From IMG/VR virus record IMGVR_UViG_3300036944_000550, positions 32,536 to 96,535 of that record: a stretch of DNA of 64,000 bases, one strand, 5' to 3'. Each line of letters begins with the position of its first letter. Position 1 is the stretch's first letter. The position numbers and the translations under genes were made by a program. Shown one piece after another: positions 55,925 through 64,000 of the stretch. The notes beneath the pieces were generated by a model. It did no database searches. It was given only the letters and a program-made list of their open reading frames with translations, and was not told the DNA's origin. The DNA comes from a virus.

Positions 55925-57353
55925 TACATGGTCCAGTCGTGCATGTTATTTCCATTTTCGCAGAGTCGGCGGCAGTCAAGTTATTTTGTGTGACAGTTAC
56001 ACCAATTCCAGGACTATTTAGTAAAAGTTGAAATTGCTTCGCAGAAGCACCTAGTTGAGTAACAGATGCAGTAACTCCACCAAATGGTGCGCTGATATCT
56101 AGAAAATGGTTACCAGTCCCTTGTTGTAAGGCACTGATATTATTAGAGTTTCCTAAAGCATTGATAAACAACGATTTTCCGTTAGCGTCTTTTTGCTGTG
56201 CTGAGATTTGATTGCTCAGACCATTGGTAATAATCTCCGCATATTTACCACCATATTGTTGAGTCAGAGATACAATATTGTTATTACCAGTTATAGAAAC
56301 TTCTGCTAAATTCTTACCGATTGGTGTTACTGCTGTACCTTGATTAATAGTTACGCTGTTACCGCTACCATTGATCAGCATTGCTTGTGCGCCATTAACG
56401 CCACGAATTTGATTTTGCTTTGAGAACTGTTCGATATAAACCGAATTGTTAGATCCAGTAGCATTGATGTAAATAGAGTTTTGCGTAATCGCATTTGTTT
56501 GATTAATCTTCAATGATTGGTTCGCACTGATTGATGCCAACGGAAATGTTGGTTCTGGTGGCGCAGGTGGAGGAGGTGGCGGTGCAGAAGAACCAGCATT
56601 AGGAGCAACAGGTGTAAAGGTTGCTCCATTCAAGGAGGTTGTTCCTTGCATCTGATCGATAAACAGAATTGGTGATAATGCAGTATCGCCTAGATTGAAT
56701 GAGGCAAATCCTAAAAGATAGTTTCCGTCAGCAGGAACTGTGAAGACTGCGACTTGCCAACCTGTAGCACCGTAAGACCCCACAGAATAATTTCCAGTTC
56801 CTTGATTGGTGAATCCTAGAAGCGCGAAGTTTTGAGTTTGTCCGTTGATTGTCGGAGTACCATTACCACCAGTAACAGTGATCATCGATCCATCATTGTA
56901 TGGAACATAATCCGTCGAAACATACTGCCAAGCATAAGTGTATGTTGTTCCTGCTTGAAGGAACATTGTTCTACTGATAGAAGTCGCATTGGTAGGATAC
57001 ATGCTACCATTAGAGTAAATAGTATTCCTAATTGATGTAATTGTAGAACCTGACAACCCTAAAGTAGTCATGGCACCATCAAATCCAGGAGATCCATTTC
57101 CTGCTTGTAGCGATACCATGTAGGAACCATATGGAGTAACAGTCCAGCACTTACCGCCACCTGGACAGTAGTTAGTCATACCAGTTGTTACTTGAACACC
57201 CGAACCACTATCACTCCAGGAAGTTCTTGCTGTAGTTGAACCGTTACTAACAGTCCAACCTGTATAGTTGCCATTCTCGAAACCGTAGTTCGTTACCTGT
57301 GCGAATGCAGGCATCGCAAACAATAATAAGAATAGAGCAATTAGATTTTTCAT
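55899..57353 (-). CDS. Secreted protein: beta-rich N-domain, Pro linker and C-terminal curlin-like repeats
   Basis: Signal peptide ending AFA, NYGFENG..GW, PPPPPAPPEP, and repeats of G-x-N-N-x-V-x-I-x-Q type. Confidence 0.65.
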   Translation of the reverse strand: MKNLIALFLLLFAMPAFAQVTNYGFENGNYTGWTVSNGSTTARTSWSDSGSGVQVTTGMTNYCPGGGKCWTVTPYGSYMVSLQAGNGSPGFDGAMTTLGLSGSTITSIRNTIYSNGSMYPTNATSISRTMFLQAGTTYTYAWQYVSTDYVPYNDGSMITVTGGNGTPTINGQTQNFALLGFTNQGTGNYSVGSYGATGWQVAVFTVPADGNYLLGFASFNLGDTALSPILFIDQMQGTTSLNGATFTPVAPNAGSSAPPPPPPAPPEPTFPLASISANQSLKINQTNAITQNSIYINATGSNNSVYIEQFSKQNQIRGVNGAQAMLINGSGNSVTINQGTAVTPIGKNLAEVSITGNNNIVSLTQQYGGKYAEIITNGLSNQISAQQKDANGKSLFINALGNSNNISALQQGTGNHFLDISAPFGGVTASVTQLGASAKQFQLLLNSPGIGVTVTQNNLTAADSAKMEITCTTGPCNGYSYTKN

Positions 57354-58495
57354 CTTGCACCTGTTTCCTGCATCACAGTTATATTACCTTGTGGTCTACC
57401 AGTTCCTGATGTTGTCCACTTATCGTCCACAAAGTTGTAAACATCTATCAAACCATTTTGAACAGATACCACTTGCGCTTCGTTACCTTTCTCCAACCAG
57501 ATAGTAACTGCCTGTTGTCTATCTTCGGAGAGTCGAGTATACACCCAACCGACTTGAACATTCTTCTTGAACGTAGGAGAAACATTAGTATAGACTGTTT
57601 CTGCTGGTTTACCACCTTCGTTAAATTCAGCAAAAACTTCTAGTAGTTCTTGAGGTGTTGCTTGACGAAGCATGGCAACTGTAACTTGTTCCGTGCTATC
57701 ATCGGTGCCTGCATCTGGATCCTTATTGTCATCCGATGCTGCTTTTGCAGGGTTAGTAAATTTCTTTAAACTATCTCTAGCAAGTTGAAGCAAACTTTGC
57801 CCATCATCCGTTTCTAGTGGAACAATTTGAACATTGTTATCTAGCGCCTTCATCAAAGGATTAATAACTACTGGTGGAGCAGGAGGAGCAAAGTTGTTTT
57901 CCACAACTGTTGCTTGGAATGGTTGAGTTAATGTAACTACGCCAGATGCTGTAATAACATCTATCATTCCATTCGGACATTCCGCAGTCTGTTTGGTGAT
58001 GTCTAATTCGTTATAACATTCGGGAACCAGCACGACCGTAGAACGACCTGCTTCATCAACCGACATAACGAAGTCTGTGCCACGAACTGCGATAGTAGCA
58101 GTTGGTGTGCGAATGTTTACGCCTCTGGGGTTTGTTTTTGCGACTTTACCTGACGCATATCTAACTGTTCCAAGAGCAACTCGTAACCCGAGTTTGCCTT
58201 TTGATTTCCCTCCACCATCATACACAAAATCATCCACAAGAAGTCGCGAGTTTTCTGTAATATTAACTGTTGTCGAGTCATTGAATGTAATCCTAAATCT
58301 ACCTTGAGAGTTGGTGGACACTGTGTCCATTTTTTCTACAGCAGAACCTTTAGATGCTGCTGTAGTCTTAGCACCACGCTTAATGGCACCACCTCCTCTG
58401 GACTCTGTTATCGACCCAATACCAGCAAAGGCAGGAGTCGATAACAGAAAAATCAGTAGAAGATTAGTGACCAGTTTTGATATTAAACGTGCCAT
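57350..58495 (-). CDS. FecR-domain periplasmic protein
   Basis: Signal peptide ending PAFA; D.V.T...I.F.D.T.V.I.ENS.L, GTVRY.SG, TPTATIAVRGTDF. Confidence 0.85.
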   Translation of the reverse strand: MARLISKLVTNLLLIFLLSTPAFAGIGSITESRGGGAIKRGAKTTAASKGSAVEKMDTVSTNSQGRFRITFNDSTTVNITENSRLLVDDFVYDGGGKSKGKLGLRVALGTVRYASGKVAKTNPRGVNIRTPTATIAVRGTDFVMSVDEAGRSTVVLVPECYNELDITKQTAECPNGMIDVITASGVVTLTQPFQATVVENNFAPPAPPVVINPLMKALDNNVQIVPLETDDGQSLLQLARDSLKKFTNPAKAASDDNKDPDAGTDDSTEQVTVAMLRQATPQELLEVFAEFNEGGKPAETVYTNVSPTFKKNVQVGWVYTRLSEDRQQAVTIWLEKGNEAQVVSVQNGLIDVYNFVDDKWTTSGTGRPQGNITVMQETGAR

Positions 58496-59237
58496 TTGAT
58501 CCCACACTATTAATATTGATCACAGTTTCAGATGCGCCATACTGTTGTGTTGTTACAGTGTTTAGCGAACCTGTTAGGTTTACATATAGTGAGTGACCAA
58601 ATGTTCCACCGAGATCGGTTTGTGTAACATCAAAGTCATTATAGTTGCCTGTCACCAGAATAGTTTGTGACGCATTTGGTGATAACGCATCCATGTTGAT
58701 TGTGTTATTGTTACCGTTGAAATCCATAGAGTTACGGATGTTAGCACCCGAACCACGGAAAACAAACGAGTTGTTATTACCAGTGAATTTGGCATTCATG
58801 TCAAGTTGATTACATGAGGAGTCAGTAACTTCAGTTCCGCAACGGATGGTAGCAGTATTCAGGTCACCGATTTGACGAATTGTTACATCGGCGATTCCTT
58901 GGGCTCCTGTATCGGATACGATACCCATATAAAGTTGGTTTCCATTGCCTGTTTGTATTGCGATAACGCTCTGGTTATCACCACGTAGGTAAATAGGATC
59001 AATAGAAGAACCGATGACATTAGCAGTACCAGTTTGAACGATGTTAACATCTACGTTACCCCCTTCTTGATCAATATAAACTTTATTGGTTGTCGCAACA
59101 GTATTCGCTTCTGTTTCATTTGGCGAAGTTGTTACAATTGCTGGAGGAGTTGGTGCTGTTGGTAGCACTGTTTGTGCAGTCACTGATGTTCCATAACAAA
59201 GAGCAGCTCCAACTAATAAAAACTTACTTAGTTTCAT
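58464..59237 (-). CDS. Secreted curlin-like (CsgA/CsgB-type repeat) protein
   Basis: Signal peptide; repeated Q-x-G-x-x-N motifs (QTGTAN, QTGNGN, QIGDLN) and GNNN/GNYN beta-arcs. Confidence 0.7.
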   Translation of the reverse strand: MKLSKFLLVGAALCYGTSVTAQTVLPTAPTPPAIVTTSPNETEANTVATTNKVYIDQEGGNVDVNIVQTGTANVIGSSIDPIYLRGDNQSVIAIQTGNGNQLYMGIVSDTGAQGIADVTIRQIGDLNTATIRCGTEVTDSSCNQLDMNAKFTGNNNSFVFRGSGANIRNSMDFNGNNNTINMDALSPNASQTILVTGNYNDFDVTQTDLGGTFGHSLYVNLTGSLNTVTTQQYGASETVININSVGSNGTFNIKTGH

Positions 59238-60048
59238 TTGTTGTTTCCTTTTGTTTGAATCTCCATAGACTCTTTCTTTCACCATCCTTGATTAACTCAA
59301 CAACGGCCGTTTCTATGGCAGAACGGATCGCATAACTACCTGCTTCATTACTTGTTTGTTGTCCATCAAATTCAAATGCTTTAGTCGCCATGTCGAAAAA
59401 TGTGAATGCAGTTACTCCCTCGGAAGTAGAGAGAACAGTTTTCTCTACAGTAACCGAATTGAGAACTTCGCCAGTCTGGACAGAAACTAGACGAAGACTA
59501 ACTGTAACTTGGTCTTGTGTGTATTGCTGGTATGGACCGACGCCAAGGAATCTAGCACCAGTACCACCAGTTTTAATGTTAGAATTATAATCAATGATAC
59601 CACCTTCAATGATGATACCCGCAACCTTTAGTGGTGGAAGAGGTTCAGCCGCTTCTCCTGAAATTTGTTCACGCATCTGACGAACAAGTTGACGTTCTTT
59701 AATCAGCGAATCAATACCGACACGTTCAACAGGAATAAACCACTTACCGTTTCCTGTATCCTGTAGTGTTTTGATCAGATATGCATCTGCACCCTGAGTT
59801 ACCGCAGTCGAGAAACTGGCAAGAGTCGAAGATGGTTTACGTTGTCCAGTTCTATCAGTAAACGAATACAGCGCGATGGGAATTGGTTGCCCATCTAATT
59901 CAGGAAGATCCTTGAATAGTTTTGGATTTGCAAAACGCTTGACTTCAGCATCATCTCTAAAGAGATATGATTGGTTGGCAGTAGGATGAAGTGCACCGAC
60001 GCATCCAGAAAGAACTAACAAAAGCGGAAGGAGAATTAACTTTTTCAT
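59224..60048 (-). CDS. csgG: Curli secretion channel CsgG (outer-membrane lipoprotein)
   Basis: Lipobox LSGC; FTDRTGQRKP, FSTAVTQGA, WF.PVER, EGGII.Y.SN.KTGG.GARFLG, DQVTVSLR. Confidence 0.93.
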   Translation of the reverse strand: MKKLILLPLLLVLSGCVGALHPTANQSYLFRDDAEVKRFANPKLFKDLPELDGQPIPIALYSFTDRTGQRKPSSTLASFSTAVTQGADAYLIKTLQDTGNGKWFIPVERVGIDSLIKERQLVRQMREQISGEAAEPLPPLKVAGIIIEGGIIDYNSNIKTGGTGARFLGVGPYQQYTQDQVTVSLRLVSVQTGEVLNSVTVEKTVLSTSEGVTAFTFFDMATKAFEFDGQQTSNEAGSYAIRSAIETAVVELIKDGERKSLWRFKQKETTNETK

Positions 60049-60057
60049 ACCGTCTCC

Positions 60058-60507
60058 TTAGAATGCGAATTTAGCAATAGGAACGACAACAACCGTAGTA
60101 TTGCCATTCTTATCCACTACTGTTAGAGTAACTTCAGTTCCAGTCTTGACATAACTCACAGAATTACCATCGAGATTAAATGTTCCTGTGGTTGATGTTC
60201 CGCCTTCTGCGAACAGATTATTCGAAAGTTGTGTAGCAAGTTGAGCATAAACCTGAGAGGTAAACAACGCCATGAATTTAGCAAGAGGAGTATTTGATGC
60301 CTCTGCTCTTATCAATGCTGCTTTCGCTGCCTCTGCGTCTTTGATTGCCTGTTCGCGCGAACGCTCTTGTGCGTCGATTGACTGCACATGCGAAGACCAC
60401 CCATAACCAGTAAAGGAAGGTGATTTAAACTGTTGAACAATCGGATCGGCGTATGCTGGACTACTTAGACTTAGTAGCGTCAGGAGCATCATCGCTCGTT
60501 TTAGCAT
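60058..60507 (-). CDS. csgF: Curli assembly factor CsgF-like protein
   Basis: Signal peptide followed by QQFKSPSF.G (compare CsgF FRNPNFGG); adjacent to csgG. Confidence 0.8.
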   Translation of the reverse strand: MLKRAMMLLTLLSLSSPAYADPIVQQFKSPSFTGYGWSSHVQSIDAQERSREQAIKDAEAAKAALIRAEASNTPLAKFMALFTSQVYAQLATQLSNNLFAEGGTSTTGTFNLDGNSVSYVKTGTEVTLTVVDKNGNTTVVVVPIAKFAF

Positions 60508-60598
60508 TTTTCTCTTCCCCTTTGTTTTTGTTGTCAGAAGAAAAATTTAAATCAAAAGTAAATACCTTGAGGATTTCAATTTTTAGGTTTATTGTCAT
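60461..60598 (-). CDS. Possible 45-aa ORF spanning the gap before csgF
   Basis: GAGGA RBS and MTINLKIEILKVFTFDLNF..., but it overlaps both neighbours. Confidence 0.25.
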   Translation of the reverse strand: MTINLKIEILKVFTFDLNFSSDNKNKGEEKNAKTSDDAPDATKSK

Positions 60599-60842
60599 CA
60601 CTATGATCCTCTTTTATTTGTAGTACTACACTCACCTTCTGGTTTAATCTTATCAAATCGTTATCAAGCATACGAACACGGTCAATCAACGCAATCAAAA
60701 TTACATTTGTTTCACCAATCAATGGCATCAGTTTATCTGTTACGAATTTATAGATGAACCACACAAAGTACCCCATACCGACAGAGGCGACAATTGGGAA
60801 TCCATACTGCTTTACAAGTTCTGCAATCAGTTGTGGATCCAC
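60576..60842 (-). CDS. Small single-TM membrane protein (GFPI motif; holin-like?)
   Basis: YGFPIVASVGMGYFVWFIY TM followed by LIDRVRMLDNDLIRL coiled coil. Confidence 0.7.
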   Translation of the reverse strand: MDPQLIAELVKQYGFPIVASVGMGYFVWFIYKFVTDKLMPLIGETNVILIALIDRVRMLDNDLIRLNQKVSVVLQIKEDHSDDNKPKN

Positions 60843-61129
60843 TAGTCTTTCCTTGCGTCGTTTTTCCCGTCTGCTCGTGCTATTCTATCTAGATCTGGTT
60901 TAAGACCCAAGGCGGAACTAACAACTGCATCAACGCGAATAATATCATGGTTCATAGTTTTCACTCGGTTATCTAACCCCATGATAATACCCTGCATTCC
61001 TTTGAGTGCTTTTACAACACCCTCAAGAATATAGTTGATGACGAAATACACAAAAACCCCACCGAGCAATGCTGCTGCGATAGGGAATCCTACATCTCCA
61101 ATTAGTTTAAAAATTATGTCGTAACTCAT
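60842..61129 (-). CDS. Small single-TM membrane protein (GFPI motif); paralogue of 60576-60842
   Basis: VGFPIAAALLGGVFVYFVI TM followed by LDNRVKTMNHDIIRV. Confidence 0.7.
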   Translation of the reverse strand: MSYDIIFKLIGDVGFPIAAALLGGVFVYFVINYILEGVVKALKGMQGIIMGLDNRVKTMNHDIIRVDAVVSSALGLKPDLDRIARADGKNDARKD

Positions 61130-61134
61130 ACGAC

Positions 61135-61142
61135 TATTTATA
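61135..61142 (-). promoter_or_regulatory. T4-type late promoter heading the csg/FecR/cyclase operon
   Basis: Exact TATAAATA, 5 nt before the ATG at 61129. Confidence 0.75.
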
Positions 61143-61161
61143 AGAAGTTACGTAAATTTAG

Positions 61162-62280
61162 TCATCGAATGATTTCAATACTGTTAATACTATTTGCATT
61201 CCAAATTTCAAGATTATTTCGTAATCTTCCGTCTGACTTTAATGTTTCGTATCTTGAAGTCGCTTTTTTCTTCCACCAGCGAATAATATTCTCAAAATAA
61301 TGCTTATCAAAGTTTTCTTTGCTCTTGATCAGCGTTTTATCGTTTCCGAGGATGTAATTTTTTGAGTTTTCATACCCGTAAGTCGAAATATAAAATCTTT
61401 TTTGCGTTGTAACGTCTTTGTTCGCCTGAATTGCGTTAGAAAATGCCAAAAGTTCGCTAGAATTGTGAAATTTTAGTGAATTTTTGATAATTGACGTCAT
61501 TTTGTTCTGCATTTTCATTTTATACGACGCAATTCCTTCTCTGCCGAACAATGGGTCACCATTATTTTTGCTTGCGAACCAATTCATGGTCTCTAACCAG
61601 AAATCATCGGAAAATGAAAGGAGAAAATTGCTTACAGTATCGCCAGTGTATCGTATAAACGGTTTTAGACCATCATATTGCGATGCTTGCTTAATATTTC
61701 CGTATAATGATGTCGTTTCAAAGAGACAAGTTTCCATGTCATACTTCTTGTCGAACATTTCACGAAATTCATGAGATGCACAAAGAAGTGATAGTAGTTT
61801 ACCGCCGAGATAATTGAATCCGAACGGTTGCGCAGGAACAATAATGAATCCCATGACTGCATGTTTGTTGAATAACTTTAAATCAGGAACTTGCCCGAAC
61901 CACTCATTCCTCGGTCTAGAATTGATCAGAGGACTTGCGACTCTACAGAAACCAACGTACTTACCACTGTTCTTTTCGCGAACGATGAATTTAATTTCCT
62001 TACCGAATGAGTTCTCGTTACAGAAGGATGAAGTAATTTCAACCATCGTAGAGAACTCATTCGGAGAAGTTTCAAAGATCTCAAACTCCATGTCTTCTGG
62101 ATGCATGCTGAAGTCAGAGAATAACATGTTCTCTGGTTCATAACCTGGAAGTGTGAGAGGAAGAGTGTTTACGCGATCGAGTTTTTTCATACGCATGTGG
62201 TCGTCGATACGATCATAGTTTGACATATAATCAATAAATCGACGACCAATGTATTCTGCGTCTGCTTTATCTAATATCAA
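61162..62280 (-). CDS. DUF4338/DruA-like (probable GNAT-fold) protein
   Basis: FIVREK.SGKYVG, PRNEWFG, VPAQPFGFNYLGGKLL, ETTSLYG, SQYDGL. Confidence 0.6.
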   Translation of the reverse strand: MILDKADAEYIGRRFIDYMSNYDRIDDHMRMKKLDRVNTLPLTLPGYEPENMLFSDFSMHPEDMEFEIFETSPNEFSTMVEITSSFCNENSFGKEIKFIVREKNSGKYVGFCRVASPLINSRPRNEWFGQVPDLKLFNKHAVMGFIIVPAQPFGFNYLGGKLLSLLCASHEFREMFDKKYDMETCLFETTSLYGNIKQASQYDGLKPFIRYTGDTVSNFLLSFSDDFWLETMNWFASKNNGDPLFGREGIASYKMKMQNKMTSIIKNSLKFHNSSELLAFSNAIQANKDVTTQKRFYISTYGYENSKNYILGNDKTLIKSKENFDKHYFENIIRWWKKKATSRYETLKSDGRLRNNLEIWNANSINSIEIIR

Positions 62281-63086
62281 AACAGATCCGCTAGAGAAGA
62301 TTCTACCTTACGATACTTCTTATTACGGTCATGGAGTTTCAACTCTGCGTGACCTGTAGTTTCTCGGATATACATTGTGCAAAGTTCTGGGAACTCGTCA
62401 GCAATAATCTTCACGCTGTCATGCACATATTCCTTAGTGCGAACATCTTGAAGACCACCTTCTTCTTTGTAATACCGAGACTTGACTGTGTAGTTGTCAA
62501 GACGAGCAAGGACACCATTTTTGATATACTGACGAATAGAATATTCGTAGTCTTCACCATGGTTGGTTACTCGAGCGAGAAAATCATCATGTTCAACAAT
62601 CACACCAAACATCGAGGCAATGATATAACAAATGTCATTGTATACTCGATCTTTCATAAAAAACGCATTTGATGCTGCGTAGATACCAAAGGTCTTAGCA
62701 CCTACCTTCTCACATTCCTCAAATCCACGAAGAAAGATTTCTCGCTCGAGATCTTCGACACGACCCAACTTCTGTTCACTGATTTTGACTTGAACTTCTT
62801 CAATGTCATCATCGAACATCATCAGTCGTGTACCTTCCGGATACCAACGTTCAATGAAGTTACGTTGTCTGCCGATAGTCGGAACACCGCGAATAATCTG
62901 AATATCTTTTGCGTAAGGATTTTCCTTCAGCGCATTAGCATATCGGTCATATTCGCCTTCATCCTGATCATTAACAAAGATCGTGATTTTAGCAGGATCG
63001 ATGTTATATGATTCAAGAACTTTCAATGTCTTATTCTGAATAGTATGTTCACGATGATAAGACGGAATAGCAATACTATATTCCAT
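62277..63086 (-). CDS. TET-associated (GREB1-like) GT-A glycosyltransferase
   Basis: IAIPSY.R, RQRNFI, MFDDDI, EDYE.S, GGLQ; directly downstream of the TET/JBP gene. Confidence 0.8.
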   Translation of the reverse strand: MEYSIAIPSYHREHTIQNKTLKVLESYNIDPAKITIFVNDQDEGEYDRYANALKENPYAKDIQIIRGVPTIGRQRNFIERWYPEGTRLMMFDDDIEEVQVKISEQKLGRVEDLEREIFLRGFEECEKVGAKTFGIYAASNAFFMKDRVYNDICYIIASMFGVIVEHDDFLARVTNHGEDYEYSIRQYIKNGVLARLDNYTVKSRYYKEEGGLQDVRTKEYVHDSVKIIADEFPELCTMYIRETTGHAELKLHDRNKKYRKVESSLADLF

Positions 63087-64000
63087 TAAAATAAATCTCC
63101 GAGTGTTGATGTTGTTTTATCTGCTGCAGGATGGTATTTAGAAACTGTTTCACGTCCGAGTTTAGTTTCAAGATAGTCATACCATTCTTGCTCATCCCAC
63201 ATTCCTGGCGATACTCCATTCCAAAGTGGACGATGATGCTTATGCTCTTTGTTCAATCTACGGTCAATCACATACTGCTCACGAGTTGTTTCATATTCAT
63301 ATGAACCAAGATCTAGCATGTTCTCACGAAGATAGCAAACCAACGAAATACGCTCAGCATCTGGACGAGTCAGTTTAATCTCAGTGTTACCATGGATAAT
63401 CTCGTGATTGCTCACAAGTAACAAGTCACCTGGACGAACGTTCACTGCCATCCGATATTCAGGGAATACTAGATAACCACCAGTATAGTCGCCACTACCC
63501 ACGACCAGAAGATTGCTGAGACCATCAGCAAAGTCACCAGCGTCGCGATGCGCTGCTGTTCGGAAGGACTTGTTGACAGTGATGGTGGTGAATACAGTTT
63601 CGGGAACAACGAACTTAGAGTCAATTGTGTCGACTGCTTTCTTTTGGTTCGACCAACGCGAAGGGAGAAGTTCTTTGAAACCACGGTCCAGAGTCTGTAG
63701 AAAAGGAAAGGACAACTTAAACTTATCAAAGTTATCGCGAGTATAGGTAGTAGCACGACCAAAAGGAATCCTAGGATAACGGTCATACCACCCAGCAACA
63801 CCTGAGAAAACCGACTTAGCATAGTTGGTTGTTGAAATCCAAGTTTCTGCAATAGTTTTTGCTTCTTTAGCAACATCTTCTTTGCTCTTTGCTTCTAGAC
63901 TATCGACCCACTTATCGAACCAACCAAAATATTCTGGATATACTTTACATACTTGACTGCGCAACCAGACAGCGCCTCGCGTCTCGTCAGCATTAGATCG
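63086..64000 (-). CDS. TET/JBP-family 2OG-Fe(II) dioxygenase, 5'-truncated by the window edge
   Basis: FTTITVN..FRTAAHRDAGD (HxD), GGYLVFPEY, GDLLL, HGNT, RISLVCYLRE. The frame is open to 64000. Confidence 0.85.
   Translation of the reverse strand, partial: RSNADETRGAVWLRSQVCKVYPEYFGWFDKWVDSLEAKSKEDVAKEAKTIAETWISTTNYAKSVFSGVAGWYDRYPRIPFGRATTYTRDNFDKFKLSFPFLQTLDRGFKELLPSRWSNQKKAVDTIDSKFVVPETVFTTITVNKSFRTAAHRDAGDFADGLSNLLVVGSGDYTGGYLVFPEYRMAVNVRPGDLLLVSNHEIIHGNTEIKLTRPDAERISLVCYLRENMLDLGSYEYETTREQYVIDRRLNKEHKHHRPLWNGVSPGMWDEQEWYDYLETKLGRETVSKYHPAADKTTSTLGDLF

Noticed and set aside
53861-60507. Bacterial contamination or chimeric assembly of the csg/cyclase block
   Set aside because: The block is headed by a T4 late promoter, overlaps a flanking phage ORF and looks compositionally similar to its neighbours. 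Read-level confirmation would still be needed.
61162-62280. DruA-like gene as a Druantia defence system
   Set aside because: No DruE helicase or other dru genes are present, and the gene is coupled to the TET/GT pair.

Overview
This 64 kb window is a gene-dense, AT-rich segment of a large T4-like myophage genome. It contains baseplate and tail genes (gp6, gp7, gp8, gp25, a split gp5, gp53, gp48, gp54, gp26/gp51, a VrlC/DUF4815-type protein), head-completion genes gp4 and gp2, plus gp32, gp59, gp33 and phoH, and has T4-type TATAAATA late promoters. A circularly permuted two-piece tmRNA suggests an alphaproteobacterial host (inference). Four accessory blocks stand out. (1) A late-promoter operon encodes two small membrane proteins, CsgF, CsgG, two curlin-repeat secreted proteins, a FecR-domain protein and a CHASE2 adenylate cyclase, which reads as a candidate phage-encoded trans-envelope signalling system. 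(2) Two paralogous fibre proteins have aromatic/Gly repeats arranged with mirror symmetry, suggesting long hairpin needles, and sit next to glycosyltransferase, methyltransferase and oxygenase genes. (3) A cluster carries three radical SAM enzymes, a carbamoyltransferase, an SGNH protein, a hydroxylase and an unannotated 30-aa DPFIY peptide. (4) A TET/JBP dioxygenase and its glycosyltransferase point to DNA hypermodification. Also seen: a probable -1 frameshift joining gp26 to gp51, leaderless late mRNAs, and uORF/hairpin leaders ahead of the cell-wall hydrolase and phoH. All family calls come from motif recognition by eye; no database search was run.
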